64,000 nucleotides of DNA from an uncultured Actinomycetes bacterium (GCA_963835425.1 CAWIGE010000019.1:132925-196924); one strand, 5' to 3'; counted from the stretch's first letter, positions 39,277 through 49,054 are shown. Made by a program: numbers and translations. Notes: a model not told the origin generated them from the letters alone.

Positions 39277-40852
39277 GTGGGCGGACGGGATCCGCGGCAG
39301 GAACAGCCAGTGACGGACACACCGCAGGAGAAGCCACCGCCAGAACGCGGCAAGGTCCAGTGGGGCGACATCCTGTCTGAGCTAATGTATTTGCTCCGTT
39401 ACATGCTTGGTATGGGGGTGATGCGGGCATCTGGACGGCCCCGGCACCCGGTCAGCGGCGGCGAGCCTCTTTATGCGCGTGCGGTGCTGGAAAGCGCGAA
39501 GATCGAAGAACGCTACTTCTACGAGCAGGAGATCTCCCGGAACCCGCACAGCAAGATGTTGCGCCGTCCAAAGGGGAAAATAGAACTCACGCTCCCCTAT
39601 GACGGAGATCGGTATTTCACCAGGCAAGCGTACACAGATATCACCCGTCTCTATAACCCCACCTATGGTGATGCCCGCGCGCTTGTCGGACACTTGGCGC
39701 TTACCGGCTACGGGCAGACGAACCTCGGCGGTCTGCTGGACCTAGGCGAGACCTACGGATCCATCCCGCTTAAGGTAGCTGTCCCGGCCGCTTCCGGCCA
39801 GCCTGCTGACTTGATAGCTGATCGCAGCAGCAGCGTCTTCAGCTGCGAGTACGAGCCGAGCACCGATCGGATCAAGGTCAGGCCGGTCACCGTCGAGATC
39901 GACCTGCTCGACCCCGATAGTTCCGGATTTTCTGCCCGTGAGGGTGAGGAGGGGACGGCCGAAGAGATCATGCAGCAGGTCAGCTTCCGGTCCGAACTGC
40001 TGCTCCGCATGAAGGTCTGGCTCCACGCTCCCGGTGCGCCGGATGGGGTCGTACCCGCGGAGGTGAAGAAGGTGACTGTTAGCTGGCCGACCATCACGTC
40101 CCTCAGGTCACTCAGCCTGACGGTGAACGGGGAGGATCACCCGGTCAGGTACAACCCCAAGGATCGCTGCCTCGAGTGGTTCAAGGTCTCGATGACCCTG
40201 AGCCCTGACGCACCTGCCGGAGACATGCAGACCTATACCAGCGGCGTAATGGAGTTGCGGATTCCGGAGCCGGGAGAGCTCTACCAGGAGCGTAACCTGA
40301 CGGGCACGGTAGAGGTGAGGATGGGCAAGCTCCTGTCCGGCATGGAGGCAAGGCTCTACAGCAGCGACCGGGTCTATTCGGCACCGGCCAAGGCTTAAGC
40401 TCCATACTTACATATCCACTGACTTTGACCTGATCCTAGGTGACGCCTTCGCTCGGCGGGAGCTCACGCCATACCAGCACCTCCACTTCGATGAAGTGAT
40501 ACCGAGCGAGATGCGGATAAGCGACATCAAGATCGCGTTGACCAACCGTGGCTTCAGGCTCACGCATGAATGGCTAGATAGTGGCACGGAGGGCCGGTGG
40601 CTGCGGGCGGAGCGGTTCGAGGGCCCAGACCGGATGGTACTCGTTCTCTACATCCAGGGGATATTGCATCAGGCGAGGCGAGATTCACGGATCCCCGGCG
40701 GCATCACCTACCGGAGCAACCTGGATAGCGGCGAGATACGAATCTACGTCCGTGGTCAGCTGAAAAGGAAGAGCCAGCCAGTTATCCATGAGATGAACGC
40801 GCTGCGCAGGGCTCTCCGCGAGCGTTTCGACCACCTCCCGGCTAGACGCTGA
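39277..40852 (+). CDS. Island gene 1: large uncharacterised protein, paralogue of island gene 2 (one apparent frameshift at about 40385-40400 joins track ORFs 39277..40398 and 40496..40852)
   Basis: The second ORF has no RBS, and its frame stays open back to 40382 (..LKLHTYISTDFDLILGDAFARRELTPYQHLHFDEVIPSEM..). The joined protein aligns collinearly with gene 2 (see findings). Lower-GC codon usage. Confidence 0.55.
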
Positions 40853-40876
40853 TGAAGGAAGCTGGAGGGCAGCCTG

Positions 40877-42585
40877 ATGGATGGCACGCCCAAAGAGCGC
40901 GCTCCGCGGGCGCGCTGCTATAAGTGTGGATCATCTCAGATCACCCGCATGTGCCACCATTGCGGGAGAATTGGCTGCAGCGCGCATGTCACGCCAACCC
41001 GCAAGCTCTGGGGCCGGCCGCTTAGCCGGGAACTGCGGGGCCTGGACATGGACAAGAAGGCTGCTTATCACTGCCCCGATTGCGCTCATCTCGGCAGTCC
41101 CGTGCTGACGGTTGGCGTCATAGGGGTGATAGTGGCACTGGCGGGTGCCGTTGTCCTCTGGCTGAGTTTCTGGGCCGGCCTGGCCATGGTTCTGCTGGGC
41201 GCAGCAATAGCGATTGGAAGCTATATCGCAGGCCGCCGCAGAGAGGCAAAGCGAGAGAGATTGCCGCTTCCAGTCCTGCCGAGACTGGAAGAACTCAGCG
41301 TGAGAGAAGAACTCAGTGGCAGGGTCATACTCTGGCCGAGCGGTGATTACGACCAGCCCACACCTGATCCGGTACAGGGTGAACTAACAGCTAATCTGGT
41401 GCTCGGTAAGACCGACCGTCGCCGTCTCGAGGGGTACGTACACAGGCACCGGATGCCACAAGGTAGCGACGTTAAGTTCTGTGCGGGATTCCTGGTTCTC
41501 CAGGGCCAGGTCGGCAGCAGTTTGTCACGCATTTTTCCCGACCTATCTATCCCGCTCGATGGCACGACCTCCGACTATCTGGTGTTTGATGTGGAACGTC
41601 ATCGCGCATCGAGTTCATATCGTATCGACTACACTTATGATCTGATAGCAGGCCGGGAAGTTAAGAAGGTTCCGGTCTGGATCACACCTGCTATTGCCCC
41701 CAGATCCGACAAGCGTGGACTGGAGCTGCAGATTCAGTGGGTTGATATGGGTAACCAGGAGCACAGCTTTCGTTGGAGAACGTTGAGTCACTGGAATTGA
41801 GGGTTCCAGTGGAATGGGGGGATGTTGTAGACTTCAACAAGCCCGTCCTATCGAGCCTCCGGGCAAACGAAGAGGACGGTCAAGCGCGAGGCTCATTGAA
41901 TGGGTACAGTTGCGGCCCAGCGAGCAGGAGAACCAGCGCAAGCGGCTTGATTTTGTTGTACAGTTTGAAGACAAGATCAAAGAGGGAGATGCCATATCTG
42001 GCCGCCTCGATATGGTCTTCAAAGGAGCCATCTCGGGGATCGAGCGGATCCATCTCTACAGTCCCCTTGGGGATCGGCGGATACATTCATCTGCCGCGAA
42101 CGTTACAACCCATGTGATGCTGGACTTCGAGCTCAGCCTGACGAGCACCCGCTATCAAGACGTCAGGTTGGTTCCTGATCGCAGGATGTCGGAAGATCGG
42201 GATAGGGGCGAGGCCAGAGAATTCCCGGCAGTGATACCGAACGACAGATACCGTCATCAGACTCACGAATGCCCTGAGCGAGCAGGGATACTACATAAAG
42301 CGGATCATAGAGAACCCGCGGAGAAGTGGCCCCCGGGCGAATCTGGTCCGTCGTTACTGGGACATCGCGGGTCGGCATTATGCGGGTGTCTACCCAATAG
42401 ATTTCCATATCATCCTGACCGGTGACGAGATTCAACGCGGTGGAATACGCGCACATAGTGGTACGACGAAGGCGTGCGTAACTGTGCAAGGATCATACGC
42501 GAACCCGGATATGCAAAATCGCGTCGAGAGGGCATGGGACAGGCTATACGACCTGATAGTGAGCACGCTGGAGTCACTGTCGTGA
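40877..42585 (+). CDS. Island gene 2: double Zn-ribbon + 2 TM helices + beta-rich region + C-terminal domain shared with gene 1 (three apparent frameshifts at about 41770, 41888 and 42245)
   Basis: RBS ggaggg precedes ATG 40877. CYKCG..MCHHCGRIGC..YHCPDC, then VLTVGVIGVIVALAGAVVLWLSFWAGLAMVLLGAAIAIGSYIAG. A sensible reading continues through frames 41773.. and 41814.., then a third frame to the TGA at 42583-42585 (..IRLTNALSEQGYYIKR..RVERAWDRLYDLIVSTLESLS*). Confidence 0.6.
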
Positions 42586-42738
42586 CCCGCACAGTCCGGG
42601 GCGGCTCGACCGGATCCACCAGATGGCTGGGAAGAACCCGTTGGCGGCCTGGCCGTCGCTGGCAGGCAAAATGACTCCGGCCCGGATCACGTCCCGAGGA
42701 ACACCGCGGTGGCTAGGGCGGCGATGATAGGAGGCTTC

Positions 42739-42963
42739 ATGTCCTGGGAGTGCGCTGAATGCAATGTCAAGGAATCGGCCGGCAGGATGATCGACGCCAT
42801 CTGCCATCATTGTGGCAAGCCGCTGTGCCGTGATGACCGGATTGAGATCGCTGACAATGCCTTCAGCAGTGGTGGGTCAACTGGCCCAACGGCGATCCAC
42901 TGTCGTGCCTGCAGGCGGAAGCATCATGCCAGTGCCGTGGCGCTGGGCGTGGCAGAGCGATGA
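42739..42963 (+). CDS. Island gene 3: small stand-alone Zn-ribbon protein homologous to the N-terminus of gene 2
   Basis: RBS aggagg (42729-42734) sits 4 nt before ATG 42739. The protein reads MSWECAECN..ICHHCGKPLC..IHCRACRRKHH. Its stop overlaps the gene 4 start (ATGA at 42960-42963). Confidence 0.6.
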   Translation: MSWECAECNVKESAGRMIDAICHHCGKPLCRDDRIEIADNAFSSGGSTGPTAIHCRACRRKHHASAVALGVAER

Positions 42964-44247
42964 TCGAAGTGACGCTCCGGCAGGCGGAGCTTCTCGTCGG
43001 CGAGGACGCGGACGTCGTCGTGCAACTCGCGAACACCGGGCCGGGGGCATGCACGCACATCTTTTTCACGCTGACGTTGCCGGGCGAGATCATGCTGCTG
43101 CACGGCCAGGACGAGATAGAGGTGGACCGCCTGGAACCGGGGGAAACTGCCACCCGCACCTTGCGTGTCCGGCCTCTTAGCGCCGCCCGGTGCCGGGTCA
43201 CGAGCACGAACTTCTCGTACCGGGATCGCTACGGGTTGACATGCCGCCGGGACCGTGACTTCCGAGCGGTGCTTGTTACGACGGTGCCCGAGCGGCGCGG
43301 GCCGGAGCCGGGAGCGCGGCCACCCGCCCTGAAGACGACTTTCACCGTCAACCTCGTCACGGCCGAGCTGCCTTACGGTGAGTGGACTTTACTGGAGGGT
43401 CGCATCACCAACTCGGGCGATACGGAGCTGGGGAACGTTGAGCTCAGCATCTCAGGGCCGGTAGCCCCCGGCAAACGGGGGCGCAAGGCCAGGCTCGGTT
43501 CGGTGCGCGCCGGCAGCCGAGGCTTCGTTTGGATTCTTCGTATGCGCAGATGGGGCCGCGGGCACGGTGCCAGTTTACCTCGACCTCTCTTTCGTTGATA
43601 AGGCCAGGCGCTACGCTCGGGCGCTTGTGCGGACGGTGCAGGTCGCCAAGAAGAATCAGCCATCACCTTCGGCGCTGACAGAATCTGTTGTCCTGTTTTT
43701 TGCTGCCAATCCTGTCGATACCGAGGTGTTGCGTACAGGCAAGGAATTCATGGTGATCGAGAGGGCCCTGGAGAGCGGCCGCGGGAAGGCCAGGATAAAG
43801 ATACGCCCTTCGCTTGCCACGCGAGCCAGAGATATTAGCCGAGAGCTACTGCAGGTAAAGCCGTGGATTGTTCATTTCGCGGGCCACGGCGGAGGACTGG
43901 AGGAGAGTTTCGCAGTTGAAGACGAGGATGGTTACGCGCGCGTTGTTCCGACGGGTGGCTTGTCAAGTCTTTTCGAAATAGCCGGGAAAGGTGTTGAGTG
44001 CGTCATTATAAATGCTTGCTCTACCGTGGGACTGGCGCAGGCTCTGTCTCAGCACGTTGATTACGTGATCGCGATGAGCCAGCCTATCTATGATTGGGAT
44101 GCAATCGAATTCAGCAGGGCCTTTTACCAGGCGCTGGCGGCCGACTACTCGATCAGGTCCGCCTTCGACCTAGGCCTTGCGGAGCTGGAGATGTTGTCGG
44201 ACGGTGCGGCCTATGACATTCCAAAAATCCTAGGCCGCCAGGGCTGA
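42960..44247 (+). CDS. Island gene 4: two CARDB-like beta-sandwich repeats + C-terminal minimal CHAT/caspase-like peptidase domain (one apparent frameshift at about 43515-43526)
   Basis: Two repeats follow the pattern V..G....V.V.L.N.G.......L..P.....L.PGE. After ..RLGSVRAGS the sensible frame becomes EASFGFFVCADGAAGTVPVYLDLSFVD.. (track ORF 43567..). The CHAT-like core is VVLFFAANPVDT..WIVHFAGHG (His codon 43885-43887)..VECVIINACS (Cys codon 44017-44019)..YVIAMSQPI.D..AIEFSRAFYQAL. Confidence 0.65.
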
Positions 44248-44308
44248 CCCGGCTGTCCTGCCCGTTGGGTGGCCAAGATCCGCAGCTGTTGCCGCGCAGG
44301 TAGCCGCC

Positions 44309-45826
44309 TCAGGCCGTGATGACGTGGTACTCCGATACGTCCAGGTGACGGGTGGCACGCCGGAACCCGAGCGTGGAGCCGGGCCACAGCGTCGTGTTGC
44401 GCCCGGCGGCGTTGAGGTACCAGCTCACGCAGCCGCCGGTGGCCCACACCGAGGACGCCATCCGCCGCTCGACGCCGGCGCACCAGCGCTCCTGCGCGCC
44501 CCGTCGCGCGTCGAGGGCGGCAGCCCCGGTCCGGTCCAGCGTCGCGAGATAATCCAGGATGTAGTGGAGCTGGGACTCGATGATGTGGACCATCGAGCTG
44601 TGGCCGAGCCCGGTGTTGGGCCCGATGACCAGGCACAGGTTGGGGAAGCGCGGCACGGTGGTGCCCCGCAGCGCCCGCATGTCGCCGTCCCAGGCCTGGG
44701 CCAGGGTCACGCCATCGGCTCCGGTGATGCGCCCGGCAATGGGCATGTCCACCGCGCGGAACCCGGTGGCCAGAATGATCACGTCCACATCGTGGGCGGT
44801 GCCGTCCCCGGCGATCACGGTGTGGCCGTCCACCCTGGCGAGTCCGCCGCCGACCACCTCCACGTTCGGCCGCGTCAGCGCCGGATAGAAGTCGCTGGAC
44901 AGCAGGATCCGCTTGCAGCCCATCACGTAGCGCGGTGTCAGCTTGGCGCGCAGGACGGGGTCGGGCACGGACTTGGCCAGGTGGCGCTCCGCGATGCGCT
45001 GTGCGGCCTTCAGCATCCCCGGCCGTGCGACGAAGGCGGCGAACGCGGGCTCGCGGACCAGATAATTCCCCAGGCGGGCCAGGCGCTGGGCCGGAGGAAG
45101 GTGGCGGTAGACCCACTTTTCCGGCCCGGTGATGACCCGGTCACGGCGCGGCAGCACCCAGGCCGGGGTGCGCTGGAACAGCACCAGGCGGGCCGCCGTG
45201 GGCTGGATCTCGGGCACGATCTGGATCGCGCTTGCCCCGGTGCCGACCACCGCGACCCGCTTGCCGTCGAGACGGGCGCCGTGGTCCCAGCGTGCTGAGT
45301 GGAACACCTCCCCGGGGAAATCCGCGAGCCCGGGAACGTCGGGAAGGCGCGGTTCGGAGAGCGGGCCCGCCGCCGAGATGAGGACGTCGGCGGTCAGGCC
45401 AGTCTGGGCAGCCGGGTTGGCGTGGAGGTCTGGCCCGGCAGGGGAGTCCGTCGGCCCGGTGCGGGCGATTCGCAGCCGCCAGCGCGCCAGGCCGGCGTCC
45501 CAGCGGGCCTCGGTGACTTCCGCCCCGAGCCGCAGATGGCCGCGCAGGCGGTAGCGGTCGGTGATCTCTTCCAGGTAGTCCCAGATCTCTGGCTGCCGGG
45601 AGAAGCTGTGGGTCCAGCCGGGGTTCGGCGCGAACGAGAACGAGTACAGGTGCGACGGGATGTCGCAGGCGCACCCGGGATAGGTGTTGTCCCGCCAGGT
45701 GCCGCCCACCGAGACCGCCCGCTCCAGGATGACGAAGTCGGTCACGCCCGCCTGCCGCAGCCGGACGCCCGCACCGAGCCCGCCGAAGCCAGCGCCGATG
45801 ATGGCGACGCGCACATGTTCAGGCAC
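44309..45826 (-). CDS. Flavin-dependent (Baeyer-Villiger/FMO-type) monooxygenase
   Basis: ..VAIIGAGFGGLGAG.. (FAD-binding), ..GGTWRDNTYPGCACD.., FxGxxxHxxxW-like FPGEVFHSARWDH, and a second Rossmann motif VAVVGTGASAIQ. The start could instead be ATG 45901. Confidence 0.85.
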   Translation of the reverse strand: MPEHVRVAIIGAGFGGLGAGVRLRQAGVTDFVILERAVSVGGTWRDNTYPGCACDIPSHLYSFSFAPNPGWTHSFSRQPEIWDYLEEITDRYRLRGHLRLGAEVTEARWDAGLARWRLRIARTGPTDSPAGPDLHANPAAQTGLTADVLISAAGPLSEPRLPDVPGLADFPGEVFHSARWDHGARLDGKRVAVVGTGASAIQIVPEIQPTAARLVLFQRTPAWVLPRRDRVITGPEKWVYRHLPPAQRLARLGNYLVREPAFAAFVARPGMLKAAQRIAERHLAKSVPDPVLRAKLTPRYVMGCKRILLSSDFYPALTRPNVEVVGGGLARVDGHTVIAGDGTAHDVDVIILATGFRAVDMPIAGRITGADGVTLAQAWDGDMRALRGTTVPRFPNLCLVIGPNTGLGHSSMVHIIESQLHYILDYLATLDRTGAAALDARRGAQERWCAGVERRMASSVWATGGCVSWYLNAAGRNTTLWPGSTLGFRRATRHLDVSEYHVITA

Positions 45827-46008
45827 GGTGTCAGTGTCCTGGATCCAGGGCCCCGGCGGCGAGCCCACGCGGCACCCATGGATGTATCGGGCGGAACCCA
45901 TGGATGTGTAAAGCAAAACCCATCGATGTATCAAGCCATCAAGGTGGCGCTCCTATCCATGTTGGGACGGCCGTGACACGGCATCGGGGAGGCAGGGGGA
46001 GTTCGGCG

Positions 46009-47451
46009 ATGACCTTTGATGACGCCGGGAGCGCTGCGATGCGTGCTGACCTGGTAGATGTCCGGGCCATCCGTGAGCATTTCGTGTTCCCCAAGCTGGG
46101 CCGGGTGGTGACGAACAACGCGGCGAGTACACAGCCGCCGGCCGAGTTGCTGGAGCTGTACGCCTCACTGGGGCCCGGCTATGAGAACGTCCACCGCGGC
46201 CAGTCCAGCGCCTCCCAGGCGATGACCGCGCGGTTTGAGGAGTCCTACGACACCATCGCCCGGTTCATCGGCGCGCCCAGCCGGGCCTGTATCGCCCTGT
46301 ACCGGAACACGACCGAGGCGATCAACGCGGTCATGTACGCGCTGCTGACCGAGTTCCGCGACGGCGACAACGTGGTCACCACGCTGATGGAGCACAACTC
46401 CAACTACGTCCCCTGGTACGGCCTGTGCCGGGAGATCCTGCCGCGCCTGGGGCGGCGGGTCGAATACCGGCTGGCCAGGTTCGACCCGGTGACCGGGGAG
46501 CTGGACCTGGCCCACCTGGCGTCGCTGATCGATGGGCGGACCAAGCTGGTGTGCTGCACCGGGGCGTCGAATTTTTTGGGCACTCGGCCCCCTCTCGATC
46601 AGGTGCGGGCGCTGGCCGGTGCCAGCGGGTACCGCCAGCCGAACGGGGAGCGCCGGTCGTATCTGCTGGTGGATGGGGCGCAGCTGGTCCCCGGGTCGTT
46701 TGTTGATGTGCGGACGCTGGATGTGGATTTTTTGGCGTTCTCGTTCCACAAGCTGCTCGCCCCGTTCGGCGTAGGCGTCCTGTACGCCAAGCAGCATCTG
46801 CTGGAGGGCATGCTGCCGTTCCTGTACGGCGGCGACATGATCGCCGAAGGGCGCGTGCTGCCCGACCTGGTGGAGTACAACGCGCTGCCGTGGAAGTACG
46901 CGGCCGGCACGCCCAACATCCTGGGGGCGATCGTCTCCGGCCAGACGGTGCGCATGCTGATGGACCTGGCGCTGTCCCCCCGGCGGCCGCTCTACTACGG
47001 CACGGGCAAGGTGATCGAGCGCGCGGCTGTGCGGGAGGCGATGGGGCGGGTGGCAGCGTGGAACCGGCAGCTGACCGCCCGCGCGCTCGACGGGCTGGCC
47101 GCCATCCCCGGCATCACCATCTACGGGCCCCGCGACCCGGCGCAGCGTACGTCGCTGGTGGCGTTCAACCTGGCCGGCCGCGACCCGGTAAGCGTGGCCC
47201 AGGCGCTGGACCGGGCCGGGATCGAGGCCCGGGCCGGCTGCCACTGCGCCACCCTGGCCCACCACACGCTCAAACTCGACCCGCCCGCCAGCTGCCGGCT
47301 GAGCTTCTACCTCTACAACACCCCCACCGAGATCGACCGGGCCGTCGCCGCGGTGGCCGCCATCGCCACCGGCCACCACGAACACACGGTCCCGTGGTAC
47401 CGGCGCCTCCGCTGGCCGGCCCTCGTGCCGGTCACGGTGGCACCGGCATGA
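46009..47451 (+). CDS. Class V aminotransferase / cysteine-desulfurase-like PLP enzyme
   Basis: ..NNAASTQPP..NVHRGQSSASQ..YRNTTEAINAV..DFLAFSFHKLLAPFGVGVLY (PLP lysine)..AGCHCA... Start taken at ATG 46009 inside the track ORF. Confidence 0.85.
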   Translation: MTFDDAGSAAMRADLVDVRAIREHFVFPKLGRVVTNNAASTQPPAELLELYASLGPGYENVHRGQSSASQAMTARFEESYDTIARFIGAPSRACIALYRNTTEAINAVMYALLTEFRDGDNVVTTLMEHNSNYVPWYGLCREILPRLGRRVEYRLARFDPVTGELDLAHLASLIDGRTKLVCCTGASNFLGTRPPLDQVRALAGASGYRQPNGERRSYLLVDGAQLVPGSFVDVRTLDVDFLAFSFHKLLAPFGVGVLYAKQHLLEGMLPFLYGGDMIAEGRVLPDLVEYNALPWKYAAGTPNILGAIVSGQTVRMLMDLALSPRRPLYYGTGKVIERAAVREAMGRVAAWNRQLTARALDGLAAIPGITIYGPRDPAQRTSLVAFNLAGRDPVSVAQALDRAGIEARAGCHCATLAHHTLKLDPPASCRLSFYLYNTPTEIDRAVAAVAAIATGHHEHTVPWYRRLRWPALVPVTVAPA

Positions 47452-49054
47452 CCGTGCTGGACGCCGGCAGCAGCACCGCCGAGGGTCGTTCCGTGGTGTG
47501 GTAGATCGCGATGTCGGTGGGGGCCAGGCGCGTCCCGGTTGCGAGCGGCTCGCCGGTGCTGCGGGCGAAGCGCGGGAAGGCGCCGCCGCTGAGCTGGAGC
47601 CGGAGCCGGTGCCCCGCTGCGAAGCGGTATGCGATGGGGCTCATCACGACCGTGGCGCCGGCTTGACTGGGGGAGGCCAGGGAGAGGCGGCGGATGCCGT
47701 CGCAGACGTTCCGGGACTTGCCCTCCGGGTCGACATCGCAGAGACGGGCGAAGACATGGGCGTGCCGGTTGCTGACGTCCAGCTGCAGGTCCACCTGGAC
47801 GGCGCCGAGGATCTCCAGCGACGCAGCGAGCGGCGGACCGGTGAACGTCAGAACGTCGGGACGCGCCTCGAGAGCCGTGTTGACCTGCTGGCCGGACCGG
47901 TGGGAGAGCACCTGCCCGCCGACCGAGGGAGTCGGGTCAACGGGGTCATAACGCAGCGGCGTCGCGGGCGATTCACCCGGGGGATCGGGGCTGAGGCTTC
48001 CGCCACCGTGGAGATACCAGGCCTGGCCCGGTGAGGGCGGCGGCCAGTCCGGCAGGTCCCGCCACTCGCCGCAGCCGCCAACGTGGATGCGCACCGGCAC
48101 CGGGCGCGCAGTGGGCGGGTCGGCGCAGAGATGCCTGCGCAGCCAGCCGAGTGAGTCGCCGAACACCGCGGTGCCGCCCTCGTTCATCATCGAGGTGTGT
48201 GTCCAGGGCCCGATGAGCAGCCTGATCTCTTGCCCGTTCGCGCGAAGCGCATGGTACTGGGCGACGGTCTGGTCGAGCAGGATGTCGTACCAGCCGCCGA
48301 CCAGGGCCGTTGGCACAGTTATCCGGCCGAGGGCCGGGCTGAGGTCGATCTGCTGCCAGTAGGGATCGCCCCGTTCGCTCTGGCTCAGCCAGTTCAGTGA
48401 GTCCGGCAAATGGGCGCCGAAGGCTTTCCGGAAGGCGTCGGTAAGCGGCAGCGTGCGGGTGGTGCGCCGGTACCGGAGCTGGAGCCGCGTGGCGGCGGCC
48501 ATCATCCGGAGCATCCCCCGCTGCCAGTAGGCAGTCCCGATCCCGCCGATCAGGGCGGTCTCGAGCGCGAACACGCCGCCGGGGTAGAAGCCGTCATAGG
48601 GACAGTGCATGCCAACCTGCACCACCATGGCCTTCAGCTCGGGGGGTGCCTCGGCGGCCAGCGCCAGCTGGGTGTAGCCCAGGTAACTCGGGCCGACCAT
48701 GCCGAGCATGCCGTTGAACCAGCCCTGGCGCCGGAGCCAGGCCACGGCCGCCAGGCCGTCCGCGCCCTCGTCATGGCACCAGCGGAACGTGCCCCCCGAG
48801 CCAGCGGTTCCCCGGCAGCTCTGAATGACCACATGGAATCCCTGCTCCGCGAAGGCGACCCCGTACAGCGCGTCCCAGGGGAAACCCCGCCCGTAGGGCG
48901 AGCGGAGCAGGACGGTCGGGCAGGCCTCCGCGGTCACCGGCAGGTAGTGGTCGGTGAGCAGCGTGCTGCCGTCGTCGGCGGGCACCCGCAGCGCGGGCTC
49001 CCACGCGACCTTGAACCGGCCCCGGGGCAGCTGGCGCGCGAGGCGCCGCATCAT
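47432..49054 (-). CDS. CocE/NonD-family (S15 X-Pro dipeptidyl-peptidase-like) hydrolase
   Basis: ..VLLLRSPYGRG..GFHVVIQSCRGTAGSGG.., nucleophile region ..MVGPSYLGY.., and a C-terminal beta-sandwich. Start taken at ATG 49054. Confidence 0.85.
   Translation of the reverse strand: MMRRLARQLPRGRFKVAWEPALRVPADDGSTLLTDHYLPVTAEACPTVLLRSPYGRGFPWDALYGVAFAEQGFHVVIQSCRGTAGSGGTFRWCHDEGADGLAAVAWLRRQGWFNGMLGMVGPSYLGYTQLALAAEAPPELKAMVVQVGMHCPYDGFYPGGVFALETALIGGIGTAYWQRGMLRMMAAATRLQLRYRRTTRTLPLTDAFRKAFGAHLPDSLNWLSQSERGDPYWQQIDLSPALGRITVPTALVGGWYDILLDQTVAQYHALRANGQEIRLLIGPWTHTSMMNEGGTAVFGDSLGWLRRHLCADPPTARPVPVRIHVGGCGEWRDLPDWPPPSPGQAWYLHGGGSLSPDPPGESPATPLRYDPVDPTPSVGGQVLSHRSGQQVNTALEARPDVLTFTGPPLAASLEILGAVQVDLQLDVSNRHAHVFARLCDVDPEGKSRNVCDGIRRLSLASPSQAGATVVMSPIAYRFAAGHRLRLQLSGGAFPRFARSTGEPLATGTRLAPTDIAIYHTTERPSAVLLPASSTVMPVPP

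Noticed and set aside
39255-39380. ATG-initiated 41-codon ORF just upstream of and overlapping island gene 1, preceded by aaggggggag.
   Set aside because: It is in a different frame from the long conserved-looking ORF and has a low-complexity translation. The purine-rich box may instead serve gene 1, whose exact start (GTG 39277 or 39310) remains uncertain.
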